Positions 1-10,266 are shown, counted from the stretch's first letter. The stretch: DNA of 50,420 bases from Actinomycetota bacterium (GCA_046728055.1 JBKPDU010000018.1:1-50420), one strand, 5' to 3'. Made by a program: numbers and translations. The notes: generated by a model from the sequence alone, not told the origin.

Positions 1-1273
1 CCTTTACATGAACCACGAGTTCACGCAGTCAACGATCTCCCAGCCGGTCGTGGGTGGGCCGGAGTATCGAGGCGCCTACGTCTCGAAATGGATTCTGGAC
101 GCCAACGGGAACCCAATCTCCGGCGAGCGCGCCTTCGACACGGTGTGGAATGAGAACACGCTAGTCGGTCCCGCGGCGGAGGTCGGCAACACAACCCCCG
201 CGTTCGCCCGGTTCTGCTCCGGATACCTGGCCGGGCCCAAGAACGGCTTCGACCAGCACATCTATCTCACGAACGAGGAGGAGCTCAGCCCGAACACCTT
301 CGACGGGATTGGTGGCTTGTCCGTCGCCATCTTCGACAACGAGGCCCACACGCTCCCGAATCTCGGCCGCTACTCCAAGGAGAACACCGTCGTCCAGCCA
401 ACGCCTGGCGCACGGACGGTGATCTTCTCGACCGAGGACGGCCCGGCGACGCTGGACAACCAGCTGTACATGTACGTCGGGACGAAGGATCCCTCCTCGA
501 GCTCAGTGTTGGGACGAAACGGCCTGGACGACGGCAAGCTCTATGTCTTCCGTTCGCTCGACCCAGATCGAAGCAGTGAGCGGACGTTCGTCACGGGGTC
601 GGTGAGCGGCAAATGGATCGAGATCCCGGGCGCGGATGCCATGACGGACGTGCAACTGGAAGCGGCGAGCGACGCAGCGAACGCCATGACCTTCGTCCGT
701 CCGGAGGATGGCGCCTTCAACCCGAACAATCCGAACGAGTTCTTCTTCGTCACGACGGGTTCCTCGAGCGGCGCAGACAACGGGGTGAACGAGCTCGGAC
801 GGTTGTACTCGCTCCGACTCAATCCCGTCGATCCGATCCGGCCGGCGACACTAAGGATCGTCTACAACGCCGACCTCGTCGTGGCCGCCGGGGGCGACAT
901 CGCCATCAGCCCCGACAATATCGACGCGAGCGGCCGGTACCTGATGATCAACGAGGACGGCACCACGGAGAGCCGCCTGGTGATGGCCGCGAAGGGCCGC
1001 GACGGATCGGTCTGGCGATTCGACCTGACCGGTCGGGTCAGCGGGCTGGGCGTCGACGTCTCGACCGCGACGCGGATCGCGCAGCTCGACCCGCCCGGTC
1101 GCGACGGCACCCCCGTCGGCCCGGGGGTCTGGGAAACGAGCGGCATCATCGACACGTCGCTGCTCTTCGGAGCGAACAGTTGGCTCTCCGACGTCCAGGC
1201 GCATCCGCCCACGACAGCGCCTTCGGCGGGGACCGTGGAGGACGGCCAGCTGTTCCTGCTGACGCCGGCTTGA
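1..1273 (+). CDS. PhoX/DUF839-like secreted phosphatase-family protein, C-terminal part (5' end probably cut by the window edge)
   Basis: Track ORF 8..1273 stays open back to base 2 (..LYMNHEF..), so the ATG at 8 is probably internal. It has an NHE motif and repeat-like segments (NQLYMYVGTK, GKLYVF, SGIIDTS) reminiscent of PhoX-type beta-propeller proteins, and high GC3. The family call comes from memory of motifs, not a search. Confidence 0.5.
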   Translation, partial: LYMNHEFTQSTISQPVVGGPEYRGAYVSKWILDANGNPISGERAFDTVWNENTLVGPAAEVGNTTPAFARFCSGYLAGPKNGFDQHIYLTNEEELSPNTFDGIGGLSVAIFDNEAHTLPNLGRYSKENTVVQPTPGARTVIFSTEDGPATLDNQLYMYVGTKDPSSSSVLGRNGLDDGKLYVFRSLDPDRSSERTFVTGSVSGKWIEIPGADAMTDVQLEAASDAANAMTFVRPEDGAFNPNNPNEFFFVTTGSSSGADNGVNELGRLYSLRLNPVDPIRPATLRIVYNADLVVAAGGDIAISPDNIDASGRYLMINEDGTTESRLVMAAKGRDGSVWRFDLTGRVSGLGVDVSTATRIAQLDPPGRDGTPVGPGVWETSGIIDTSLLFGANSWLSDVQAHPPTTAPSAGTVEDGQLFLLTPA

Positions 1274-1332
1274 GGAGGAGCCCAAGGACGCAGGCCTGAG
1301 GGGTCGCTCCGCCACGTCGATGCTCGAGAGTG

Positions 1333-1362
1333 CTCGGCCTGCTCTCGCTAGAGCAGGCCGAG
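1333..1362. terminator. Perfect 13-bp hairpin between convergent gene ends (possible bidirectional terminator)
   Basis: CTCGGCCTGCTCT-cgct-AGAGCAGGCCGAG. The right arm overlaps the last codons of kbl. There is no U-tract. Confidence 0.3.
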
Positions 1363-2529
1363 CTCGGTTCCCACCCGCCGGAATGCCTCCAGGGCCTCCT
1401 TGAGGTCCTCCTCCGAGTGGTCCGCGGTCACGATCGTGCGGACCCTGGCCCGACCCTTGGCCACCGTCGGAAAGACGATGGCCGGTGTGAACACTCCATC
1501 ATCGAACAGCCGTCTCGCGAACTCCTGTGTCTTCTCCTCGTCCCCGGTGATCACCGGTGTGATGGGGGTCTCGCTCTCGCCGGTGTCGAACCCCAGGGCC
1601 TCCAGCCCGTCCTTGAACAGGCTCGTGTTGGCCCACAGGCGCTCCAGGCGCTCGGGCTCCTGGGCGATGATGTCCAGAGCGGCCATGCACGCCGCGATGA
1701 CCGAGGGGGGAGCGCTCGTGGAGAACAGGTAGGGGCGGCCTCGGTTCTGCAACCACTCGATCAGGTGCGTGGGCCCGGCGATGAACCCACCGAGCACCCC
1801 GATGGCCTTCGACAGCGTCCCAACCTGAACGTCCACCCGGCCGTGGAGGCCGAAGTGGTCGACGGTCCCCGCGCCCCCCGTGCCCAAGACCCCGGAGGCA
1901 TGAGCGTCGTCCACCATCATGATCGCGCCGTGCTGCTCGGCCACCTGGACCAGGTCCGGGAGCGGCGCGATGTCTCCGTCCATGGAGAAGACGCCGTCGG
2001 TGATCAGCAGCTGCCGGCGGCCCGGCAACTTCGTCTGCCCGAGCAAGTCGTCGGCCGCGCCGACGTCCTTGTGGGGGAACACCTTGATCTCGGCCCGAGA
2101 CAGGCGCGCACCGTCGATGATCGACGCGTGGTTCAACTGATCGGAGACGATCACGTCCTCCTTGTCCAGGATGGCCGCCACGGTTCCCGCATTCGCGTTG
2201 AACCCCGACTGGAACATCAGCGCGTCCTGCGCATGCTTGAACGCCGCGAAGCGCCGCTCCAGATCCCGATGCATCGTCATCGTGCCGGCGATCGTGCGAA
2301 CCGCGCCCGTCCCCGCCCCGTGGGTCGACGCGGCGCGCGCGGCCGCCTCGTTCATCCTGGGGTGGTTGGCCAAGCCCAGGTAGTTGTTCGACGCCAGGTT
2401 GATGACCTCCCGGCCGTCGAATCGGGCTCGGGCACCCGTCGGGCCCTCGAGGACCCGTTCGTGCAGGAGCAGCCCCTGTGTTCGGAGCTCCTCCAGCCGA
2501 TCTCGGAGGTAGTCCAGCGCGCCCGCCAT
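1348..2529 (-). CDS. kbl: Glycine C-acetyltransferase (2-amino-3-ketobutyrate CoA ligase), PLP-dependent alpha-oxoamine synthase family
   Basis: 393 aa. Contains NNYLGLANHP, SGFNANAG and the PLP-lysine context GTLSKAIG. Lies next to threonine dehydrogenase. Confidence 0.85.
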   Translation of the reverse strand: MAGALDYLRDRLEELRTQGLLLHERVLEGPTGARARFDGREVINLASNNYLGLANHPRMNEAAARAASTHGAGTGAVRTIAGTMTMHRDLERRFAAFKHAQDALMFQSGFNANAGTVAAILDKEDVIVSDQLNHASIIDGARLSRAEIKVFPHKDVGAADDLLGQTKLPGRRQLLITDGVFSMDGDIAPLPDLVQVAEQHGAIMMVDDAHASGVLGTGGAGTVDHFGLHGRVDVQVGTLSKAIGVLGGFIAGPTHLIEWLQNRGRPYLFSTSAPPSVIAACMAALDIIAQEPERLERLWANTSLFKDGLEALGFDTGESETPITPVITGDEEKTQEFARRLFDDGVFTPAIVFPTVAKGRARVRTIVTADHSEEDLKEALEAFRRVGTELGLL

Positions 2530-2591
2530 CGGCCGCAGACGCTATCGCATTAGGCTGGGAGCAGAGCGGCCTGCGGACACGAGGTGACGAC

Positions 2592-3077
2592 GTGACCTCA
2601 ATCGAGGTGGACGGCTTTCTCGCGGACTCGGTCGTCACGTCCGAGGGGAAGCTGTACGTGCAGGGAGCGGGATGGAACCGGATCTCCGCTTCGTCGTTCC
2701 CGGTGGTGCACGATCGGATCGGGATCGGGCTGCTCTTCCGATTCGAGGCCGATGGAGGGACGCAGCCTCATCGGTTCGAGCTCCGACTCGAGGACTCGAA
2801 CGGGAACCAGATGCCGTTCGGTGACGCGCCTCCCGGCTCGCAGTCACCGGGCAAGATCACTCGGATCGGCGGGGCCTTGGGGGCCGGACCGGTGGCGCAG
2901 GGGGCCGAAGGGATCGTGCCGATCGCCATCAACGTGAACGGCATGACGTTCGATGGCCCGAACACGTTCCGCTTCGTCGTCTCCGTGGACGGCGTCGACA
3001 TGAAGGCGCTTGCTTTCCGAGTCGAGCGATCCGCACCCCAGCGGCCACAGGTCACCGGCGGAGGCGGCTACCTCTGA
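2592..3077 (+). CDS. Conserved hypothetical protein (about 161 aa)
   Basis: In-frame GTG at 2592 is preceded by GAGG at 2581-2584. The upstream part of track ORF 2478..3077 overlaps the kbl start and looks non-coding. The sequence is balanced and beta-rich (KLYVQGAGWNRISASSFPVVHDRIGIGLLFRFEA) with high GC3. Confidence 0.55.
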   Translation: MTSIEVDGFLADSVVTSEGKLYVQGAGWNRISASSFPVVHDRIGIGLLFRFEADGGTQPHRFELRLEDSNGNQMPFGDAPPGSQSPGKITRIGGALGAGPVAQGAEGIVPIAINVNGMTFDGPNTFRFVVSVDGVDMKALAFRVERSAPQRPQVTGGGGYL

Positions 3078-3080
3078 CGG

Positions 3081-4139
3081 TCAGTCGCCCGGGAACATGA
3101 TGACCTTGGCCGAGTGGCCCGAGGCCGTTGTCTCGAACGCCTGCTCGAACCGGTCCATCGGCAACCGGTGCGTGATCACCGGCGTCACGTCCACCCGACC
3201 GGTCGAGAGAAGTGTCGTGGTCTGTTGCCACGTCCGGAACATCTCGCGGCCGGTGATGCCCTGGATACGCGCTTCCTTGAAGATCACCTGGTCGTTCAAG
3301 TCCAGGGTCACCGGCCGGTCGGGAAGGCCGAGGAGCGACATCCGTCCGCCGCGGGCGAGCATCCTGGTGCCCTGGTCGATCGCCGACGCGTTCCCGGACA
3401 TCTCCAGCACGACCTCGGCGCCAGTCCCGTTGGTGGCCTCCAACACCACCCGGACCGGATCCTCCTCCTTCGGGTCGACCAGCACGTCGGCGCCCATCTT
3501 CGCGGCGAGCGCCCGCCGCTCGTCGTTCGGCTCGATGGCGATGACCTTCCAAGCCCCGGCGGCCCGGGCGATGGCCACGGAGAACAACCCGATCGGGCCG
3601 CAGCCGATCACGACGACCGGGTTGGTGACCAGGTCCTCGCCCCCCTCCGTACCGAACGTGGCATGCACGGCGTTTCCGAACGGCTCCATGATCGACGCCG
3701 CATCGGGATCGATCCCCTCGCCGACGATCCACGCGTTCTGGGCCGGGATCACCACGTATTCCGCGAAGGCGCCGTCGGTATCCACGCCGAGGATGCGCAG
3801 GTTCTCGCAGATGTGGGCTCGGCCGGTTCGGCACGTGGAGCAGTGCCCACAGGCGATGTGCGTCTCGGCGGCCACGAAGGCCCCCGGCTGATGGTGGTGC
3901 ACCTCGGGACCCACGGCGGCGACGTGGCCCGCCAGCTCGTGCCCGAAGGTCATGGGCGTCCGGATCCGGGCCGCGGCCCACTCGTTCCAGTCGTAGATGT
4001 GCAGGTCGGTCCCGCACACCGAAGCGGCGTGGACCCGAACGAGGATCTCTCCTTCCGCCGGCTCGGGGACCGGGACCTCGACGAGCTCGGCGCCGGGGCC
4101 CGGACGGACCTTGCGAAGCGCACGCATCGTTGCGGACAT
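3081..4139 (-). CDS. tdh: L-threonine 3-dehydrogenase (Zn-dependent MDR family)
   Basis: 352 aa. Contains CGTDLHIY, GHELAGHV and the structural-Zn Cys cluster CGHCSTCRTGRAHIC. Neighbour of kbl. Confidence 0.85.
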   Translation of the reverse strand: MSATMRALRKVRPGPGAELVEVPVPEPAEGEILVRVHAASVCGTDLHIYDWNEWAAARIRTPMTFGHELAGHVAAVGPEVHHHQPGAFVAAETHIACGHCSTCRTGRAHICENLRILGVDTDGAFAEYVVIPAQNAWIVGEGIDPDAASIMEPFGNAVHATFGTEGGEDLVTNPVVVIGCGPIGLFSVAIARAAGAWKVIAIEPNDERRALAAKMGADVLVDPKEEDPVRVVLEATNGTGAEVVLEMSGNASAIDQGTRMLARGGRMSLLGLPDRPVTLDLNDQVIFKEARIQGITGREMFRTWQQTTTLLSTGRVDVTPVITHRLPMDRFEQAFETTASGHSAKVIMFPGD

Positions 4140-4255
4140 CGTTTGGAGCGTACTCCAGCGTTGATCGATGCAGCCATCCGGGTGTCGCGTGTCGGTCAGT
4201 GTCCGGATCGGGGCGTGGAACGAAGTGGCCCTTCGGTGGCGTCGAAGGGCGGACG

Positions 4256-5131
4256 ATGACCTCGAGGAAGCTTTCGACCATGAGGACCCGCCCGCTCGCC
4301 GCTTGGCTCGTCGCGCTCTCCCTGCTGGTCGCAGGGTGCGGGGGGCTGACCACGCCGGGAAGCGGAGGGATCGATCATCCGACCGGCCCGGCCGAGCTCG
4401 TTCTGCGGATGGACGTGGGTGGGGGATTCGTGGCGCCAGCGTACGAGCTGCGACGGATCCCGACGTGGTCTCTGTACGGCGACGGTCGGATCATCACCGA
4501 GGGACCGCAGATCGAGATCTATCCCGGGCCGGCCCTCCCGAGCGTCCAGGTCCAGACGGTTACCGAGGGGGGCATCCAGGCCATCCTGGAGGCGGCGGAG
4601 GCCGCGGGCCTCCTTGGACCGGATCGCACATACGGTCAGGACTGCATCGCCGACGCCCCCACCACCACCTTCACCGTTCACGCCGACGGCACCAGACACG
4701 TCATCAGCGCATACGCGCTCGGTCTGGCACCCGGTTCCTGCCCCGGCGAGGACACCGAGGCCCTGGCGAAGCTCGCCAGGTTCTCCGCCAAGCTGGGCGG
4801 CCTGGCCGAGTGGCTGCCCACCGATTCCCTCGGTGAGCAGGTTCAGTTCGAGTTCTCGAAGATGCGGGTCTATGTCCAGCCGTACACCGCATCACGAGAG
4901 CCGGGCCTCCAGCAGATCGAATTCGACTGGCCCCTCTCGGACCCGTTGCCAACGTTCGGGGAAGCCGACGCCACCCACGGCGACGTCCGGTGCGGCGTCG
5001 TCCGCGGGACCGATCTGGCGAAGCTCGTGCCCGACGCGCAGCGGGCGAACGAGCTCACTCCATGGCGAAGCGGCGGGGCCGTCTACTCGTTGATCTTCCG
5101 CCCCTTGCTCCCAGACGAACCCGCCTGCTGA
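4256..5131 (+). CDS. Hypothetical lipoprotein
   Basis: Signal peptide with lipobox (MRTRPLAAWLVALSLLVAGC). ATG at 4256, or ATG at 4280 which has AGGAAG 9 nt upstream. The earlier part of track ORF 4130.. looks non-coding. Confidence 0.6.
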   Translation: MTSRKLSTMRTRPLAAWLVALSLLVAGCGGLTTPGSGGIDHPTGPAELVLRMDVGGGFVAPAYELRRIPTWSLYGDGRIITEGPQIEIYPGPALPSVQVQTVTEGGIQAILEAAEAAGLLGPDRTYGQDCIADAPTTTFTVHADGTRHVISAYALGLAPGSCPGEDTEALAKLARFSAKLGGLAEWLPTDSLGEQVQFEFSKMRVYVQPYTASREPGLQQIEFDWPLSDPLPTFGEADATHGDVRCGVVRGTDLAKLVPDAQRANELTPWRSGGAVYSLIFRPLLPDEPAC

Positions 5132-5231
5132 CGAGCGGCCCGAACGGCCACCTCCATCCGCCCCGTCCATCCCCAAACGGCGGATGACCCTTTGCCGTTC
5201 AAGCCCGCAATGCGCGTCAGCCGATAGGTAG

Positions 5232-7154
5232 ATGCAACGTGGAGAGAAAGGCCATCCCCTGGTGAGGGCCAAACCGAACGCACCCGCCATCGCGTCGCGT
5301 TTCGCGTCGCTCGATACAGTGCGCGATCTCTTGGCGCGTCAAGAGGATCTACCTCAGGGCGCCATCCAAGCGATCCAGGCCCTCTCCGGAGAGCTTCGGC
5401 GGGCCACCGACGAGCTGGGCGAAGCCGACGCGCGCTACCGAGCCGTGGTCGAGCAGATCCCGGCCATCGTCTACACCGACGTCGTGGACGACACCATGGC
5501 CAGCACCTATGTGAGCCCACAGATCGAGGAGTTGCTCGGGATCACTCCAGAGGAGTACATCGCCGATCCGGATCTGTGGGCCAAGCTGTTGCATCCGGAG
5601 GACAAGGAGCAGGCCATCCAGACCTACCTCCATGGACGGATCGCTGGTGAGCCATTCAGCTTCGAGTACCGCCTGCTGGCCAGGGACGGACGGGTCGTGT
5701 GGTTCCGCGACAGCGCGGTGGTGGTGAACGACCGGACGGGCGCCCCCGCATTCGTCCACGGCGTGATGTTCGACATCACCGACCGGAAGAACGCGGAGGA
5801 ACAGGTCGCCTTCCTGGCCTATCACGACAGCCTGACCGGCCTTCCCAACCGGACGATGTTCGAGGAGCTCCTCGATCTCGGCTTGGCCAGGGCCCGCCGT
5901 CACGACCTCTCCGTGGCCGTGCTGTGCATCGATGTCGACGACTTCAAGCTGATCAACGAGAGCCTCGGCTACGAGGCGGGCGACGCCCTGCTGCGCGCCG
6001 TCGCGGATCGTCTCCGTGAGGCGACGCGGGAGACCGACCTTGTAGCCCGGCAGGGTGGGGACGAGTTCCTGTTGCTGCTGGCCGACATCGAGGGTGGCGC
6101 TGTCCCCGGGTTCGAGGGCACGGACGCCGCGATCCTGGTGGTCGAATCGGTCGCCGCGCGAGTCCACGAGTCGCTTCGGGCGCCGTTCAACGTCGCCGGC
6201 ACCGAGCTGTATGTCTCGGCGAGCATCGGCATCAGCATGTTTCCGCACGACGCCGACGATGCCGCCTCCCTCCTGAAGAACGCCGACGCCGCCATGTACC
6301 AGAGCAGGAAGACGGTTCCCGGCAGCTACCTCCTGCACTGGAGGCAGAGCGAGGAGGCGCTGGGCAAGCTGGCCCTCACGACCCGCCTCCGAAAGGCCGT
6401 GGAGAACCAGAACTGGCAGCTCCACTACCAACCGGTCGTCGAGCTGGCGGAGGGGAAGATGGTGGGCGTGGAGGCTCTCATTCGGTGGGCCGACCCCAAC
6501 GGGGGCCTGATCCCTCCCGGCGAGTTCATCCCCCTGGCCGAGGAGATGGGGCTGATCGAGGCCATCGGGGACTGGGTGGTCGAGGAGCTGAGCCGGCAGG
6601 CCGCCGAATGGCGGGCGGAAGGGCTCGAGCTCGAGGTGTCCTTCAACCTCTCACCCCGGCAACTGTGGCAGCCCGAACTGACCGAGAAGATCCTCGATCA
6701 GCTCGCCGCGGCCAAGCTCGACCCCGGGAGCATCATCGTCGAGGTGACGGAGTCGGCGGCGATGGCGGACCCGGAACGGACCCTGCGGATCCTCCGGGAC
6801 TTGAACGGCCGTGGCCTGCGCCTGGCCCTGGACGACTTCGGCACCGGCTACTCGTCGTTCGCCCGGCTCCGGTACATGCCCGTCGACGTGCTGAAGATCG
6901 ACCGGCTGTTCATCCGGGACGTCGCCAAGGACGCCCAGGCCGCCGACATGGTTCGGGCCATCATCCAGCTGGCGAACGGCCTGGGGATGACCCCGCTCGC
7001 CGAAGGCATCGAGACCGCGGACGAATGGCGGTTCCTGGTGGACCAGGGGTGCCGCCTGGGCCAGGGGTTCTACTTCTGCCGCCCGGCCTCCGCGGAGAAC
7101 ATCCTGGCCCGGTACCGCCGGTCCGGGTTCAAGCTGCTCGGATCGGCCTGCTAG
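5232..7154 (+). CDS. PAS-GGDEF-EAL signalling protein (diguanylate cyclase/phosphodiesterase)
   Basis: 640 aa. Has a PAS-like segment (YRAVVEQIPAIVYTD), a GGDEF motif (ARQGGDEFLLLL), an EAL motif (VEALIRW) and DDFGTGYSS. The exact start is uncertain. Confidence 0.85.
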   Translation: MQRGEKGHPLVRAKPNAPAIASRFASLDTVRDLLARQEDLPQGAIQAIQALSGELRRATDELGEADARYRAVVEQIPAIVYTDVVDDTMASTYVSPQIEELLGITPEEYIADPDLWAKLLHPEDKEQAIQTYLHGRIAGEPFSFEYRLLARDGRVVWFRDSAVVVNDRTGAPAFVHGVMFDITDRKNAEEQVAFLAYHDSLTGLPNRTMFEELLDLGLARARRHDLSVAVLCIDVDDFKLINESLGYEAGDALLRAVADRLREATRETDLVARQGGDEFLLLLADIEGGAVPGFEGTDAAILVVESVAARVHESLRAPFNVAGTELYVSASIGISMFPHDADDAASLLKNADAAMYQSRKTVPGSYLLHWRQSEEALGKLALTTRLRKAVENQNWQLHYQPVVELAEGKMVGVEALIRWADPNGGLIPPGEFIPLAEEMGLIEAIGDWVVEELSRQAAEWRAEGLELEVSFNLSPRQLWQPELTEKILDQLAAAKLDPGSIIVEVTESAAMADPERTLRILRDLNGRGLRLALDDFGTGYSSFARLRYMPVDVLKIDRLFIRDVAKDAQAADMVRAIIQLANGLGMTPLAEGIETADEWRFLVDQGCRLGQGFYFCRPASAENILARYRRSGFKLLGSAC

Positions 7155-7168
7155 CAGCCCGAATCCCG

Positions 7169-8362
7169 TCAGCGGCGCCGTCGGGCGCGGAGCGAGGAAC
7201 GCCGCCCGCGGGACGAGCCAGAGAACACGACGCGAGGCGGCGCCACGGTCATCCCCTCCTCCTCGAACTCTCGATGGAGGTCCAGGCGGGCAGCCATCCG
7301 ACTGATGTCGCTCTGCTGCTCCTCCGTGACCAGGGTGATGCCCATGCCGGTCCGCCCGGCCCGGGCCGTGCGGCCCACTCGGTGCACGTAGCCCTTGTCG
7401 TCGGAGGGTGGATCGAAGTTGACCACGTGACTGATGCGCTCCAGGTCCAGGCCCCGGGCGGCAACATCGGTGGCCACGAGCACGTCGACGTTCCCCGATT
7501 CGAAGCGCTTGAGCGATCGCTGCCGGGCCGGCTGGGTCATGTCGCCGTGGAGGGCCTCGGCTCGCACGCCCTTCGCCTTCAGCTTCTGAACCAGGCGATC
7601 GGCCCCCCGCTTGGTTCGGACGAAGACGAGCGTGAGATCTCGATCCCGCTCGAGCAGTTCGATCAGCGCCTCCACCTTGCCATGCGCCGAGACCGGGACG
7701 AAACGATGGCCAACCTCCTCGACGGTCTTGCCCTCGGATTCGATCTCGTGCCGCCGGGGATCCTGCGTGTACGACGCCGCGAGGTGGCCAACGGCGCCGT
7801 CGAGGGTCGCCGAGAACAGCATGGTCTGTCGAGCCGTGGGGAGATTGCGGACGATCCGATCGACCTGCGGCTGGAAGCCCATGTCGAGCATCCGGTCGGC
7901 CTCGTCGAGCACGAGGATCCTCACCTGGTCGAGCTTCACCAGCCGCCGTTCCACCAGGTCGGCCAGACGGCCCGGTGTGGCGATGAGGATGTTGGCCCGG
8001 CCGACGTCCTTGCCTTGATCGCGGATGGAGATGCCGCCGTAGGCCACCGCGACCCGGACCCCCTTGGCTCCGGCGATCCCGGCGAAATCCTCGGCCACCT
8101 GGGCCGCGAGCTCGCGGGTGGGGGTGAGCACCAGAGCCGCCGGCCTCGGGCCGGCAGGATCCACTCGCTCCACCAGAGGGATGGCGAACGACAGCGTCTT
8201 GCCCGAGCCGGTCTGTGACTTCGCCAGGACGTCGCGCCCGGCGATGGCGTCAGGAAGCACGAGCGACTGGATGGGGAAGGGCGCCGTGACGCCCAGGTCG
8301 GCGAGGGCTCGAACGACAGCCGTGGACGCGCCCAGGTCGATGAAGGATGGTGCGGTTTTCAT
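7169..8362 (-). CDS. DEAD-box ATP-dependent RNA helicase
   Basis: 397 aa. Q-motif (PFPIQ), motif I AKSQTGSGKT, DEAD (VLDEADRML), SAT and HRVGRTARAG, with an Arg-rich C-tail. AAGGAG lies 6 nt before the ATG. Confidence 0.9.
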   Translation of the reverse strand: MKTAPSFIDLGASTAVVRALADLGVTAPFPIQSLVLPDAIAGRDVLAKSQTGSGKTLSFAIPLVERVDPAGPRPAALVLTPTRELAAQVAEDFAGIAGAKGVRVAVAYGGISIRDQGKDVGRANILIATPGRLADLVERRLVKLDQVRILVLDEADRMLDMGFQPQVDRIVRNLPTARQTMLFSATLDGAVGHLAASYTQDPRRHEIESEGKTVEEVGHRFVPVSAHGKVEALIELLERDRDLTLVFVRTKRGADRLVQKLKAKGVRAEALHGDMTQPARQRSLKRFESGNVDVLVATDVAARGLDLERISHVVNFDPPSDDKGYVHRVGRTARAGRTGMGITLVTEEQQSDISRMAARLDLHREFEEEGMTVAPPRVVFSGSSRGRRSSLRARRRR

Positions 8363-8538
8363 GATCCACTCCTTGGCCGCGACGCCAGGTCGCGGATCGG
8401 TCCGGGGAGGTTTGCGACACCCGAGACCGCCAGAGGAGGAACGAGGAAGCGAAACCTCACAGGACGGCGATGGCCGCCCGTTCGCCCGAGCGTACCAGGT
8501 ATCCGCGCCCGGGCCGGGAGGACGGTACCCTGACGCGG

Positions 8539-10260
8539 ATGCGCGGCCCCACCGGCGATCTGGCCCACCGCCTGGCCGTCGCGCGAGGCGACGAGCCCGC
8601 CGACGCCGTCCTGGCGGGAGGTCGCGTGCTGTCGGTGTTCACCGGCGAGCTCCTCGACGCCGACGTCGCCGTGGCCGGCGACCACGTGGCCGGCGTGGGA
8701 CGGTACGAGGGCCGGCGAGCGGTCGATGCGTCGGGGCTCATCCTGCTTCCCGGGTTCATCGACGGGCACATGCACATCGAGTCCACCAAGCTCCCGCCGG
8801 ACGAGTTCGCCCGGGCGGTGCTGCCCTGGGGAACGACCACGGCCATCCTGGATCCTCACGAGATCGCCAATGTGTTCGGGCTCGAGGGCGTTCGCTCGTT
8901 GCTGGAGGCCTCTCGCGGCATCCCGCTCGATCTCTTCGTGATGGTCTCTTCGTGCGTGCCGGCGAGCCCCTTCGAGTCCAGCGGCGCGACGGTGGACGCC
9001 GACGACATCGCCCGGTTCCTGGCCGAAGAGCCCAACGCGCTCGGGCTGGCCGAGATGATGGACGCCCCCGCGGTCATCGAGGGCGAGATGGGAACGTTGG
9101 CCAAGATCGCGGCCTCTCGGGGACGGCACATCGACGGCCATGCCCCGGGGTTATCCGGTCGCCGGCTGAACGCCTACCTCGCAGCCGGCGTCCGGAGCGA
9201 CCACGAGTGCACGACGCTCGACGAAGCGTTGGAGAAGCGCCGGCTGGGCATGACCATCATGATCAGGGAGGGTTCCGCGGCGCGGAACCTCGAGGCACTC
9301 ATCCCCCTGGTCCTGGAGCACGGTCCGGCGAACTGCCTCCTGTGCACGGACGACCGGGAGCCCGATCACCTGCTGGAGGAAGGCCACATCAACGACGTGA
9401 TCCGTCGAGCGGTCGCGCTCGGCTGTTCGCCGGCCGATGCCGTGGCCATGGCAACGCTGAACGCGGCGCGATACCACCGACTCCCCGAGCACGGGGCCGT
9501 CGCGCCCGGGTACCTCGCGGACATCGTGGCGGTCGAGGACCTGCAAAGGTTCCAACCGATCCGCGTGTGGAAGCGAGGCCGCCTGGTGGCCGAGGGCGGG
9601 AGATCCCTCGACGTGCCGCGATCCCCGATGCCCGACTGGATGCGCGGGAGCGTCCGTGTTCCCCACCTGGTCGCCGAGAGCTTCCGGATCCAGGCCACCG
9701 GCAGGGTCCGGGTGATCGGGGTCGAGCCCGGCCAGATCGTGACCAGAGCCCTGATCGAGGACGCAAACATCGTGGACGGTCTGGCGGCGGCCGACCCCTC
9801 ACGCGACCTGGCGAAGATCGCCGTGGTGGAGCGGCACCGGGGCTCCGGACGGATCGGCCTTGGATTCGTCCGGGGCTTCGGCCTGCAACGCGGCGCCATG
9901 GCCTCGACGCACGCCCACGACGCCCACAATGTGGTCGTCGTGGGCGTCGACGACGGCGACATGGCCGCCGCGGTGAACCGCTTGGCGGAGACCGGCGGTG
10001 GCCAGGTCGCCGTGGCCGCCGGGGCCGTCCTTGAAGAGATCCCGTGCCCGTTCGGCGGCCTACTCTCCGATCGGCCGGCGGAGGAGGTGGCCGCCCTCGC
10101 CCGTGCCATGGGCAAGGCCGCCGAGGAGATGGGTGTGAGCCTCGCCTCGCCGTTCATGGCCATGTCGTTCCTGGCGCTGTCGGTGGTTCCCGAGCTGAAG
10201 CTCACCGATCGGGGTCTGGTCGACGTGGAGCGCTTTGAGCTGGTGCCGCTGGAGGTGTAG
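8539..10260 (+). CDS. ade: Adenine deaminase
   Basis: Amidohydrolase metal motif FIDGHMHIES, LDPHEIANV, and full-length similarity in pattern to Ade. Start is ATG 8539 (MRGPTGDL..); the alternative is ATG 8470 from the track. Confidence 0.8.
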   Translation: MRGPTGDLAHRLAVARGDEPADAVLAGGRVLSVFTGELLDADVAVAGDHVAGVGRYEGRRAVDASGLILLPGFIDGHMHIESTKLPPDEFARAVLPWGTTTAILDPHEIANVFGLEGVRSLLEASRGIPLDLFVMVSSCVPASPFESSGATVDADDIARFLAEEPNALGLAEMMDAPAVIEGEMGTLAKIAASRGRHIDGHAPGLSGRRLNAYLAAGVRSDHECTTLDEALEKRRLGMTIMIREGSAARNLEALIPLVLEHGPANCLLCTDDREPDHLLEEGHINDVIRRAVALGCSPADAVAMATLNAARYHRLPEHGAVAPGYLADIVAVEDLQRFQPIRVWKRGRLVAEGGRSLDVPRSPMPDWMRGSVRVPHLVAESFRIQATGRVRVIGVEPGQIVTRALIEDANIVDGLAAADPSRDLAKIAVVERHRGSGRIGLGFVRGFGLQRGAMASTHAHDAHNVVVVGVDDGDMAAAVNRLAETGGGQVAVAAGAVLEEIPCPFGGLLSDRPAEEVAALARAMGKAAEEMGVSLASPFMAMSFLALSVVPELKLTDRGLVDVERFELVPLEV

Positions 10261-10266
10261 GAGGAC

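Noticed and set aside
1330-2553. 407-aa plus-strand ORF antisense to kbl, and the 379-aa minus-strand ORF 1499..2638 in another frame.
   Set aside because: These are Arg/Gly/Pro/Asp-rich low-complexity translations that overlap a gene with clear family motifs. They are typical mirror-frame open frames in very GC-rich DNA.
8064-10034. 656-aa plus-strand ORF spanning the helicase 5' end and most of the adenine deaminase gene.
   Set aside because: The product is dominated by R/G/P/A runs and is out of frame with the recognisable Ade protein. It has no SD or motif support.
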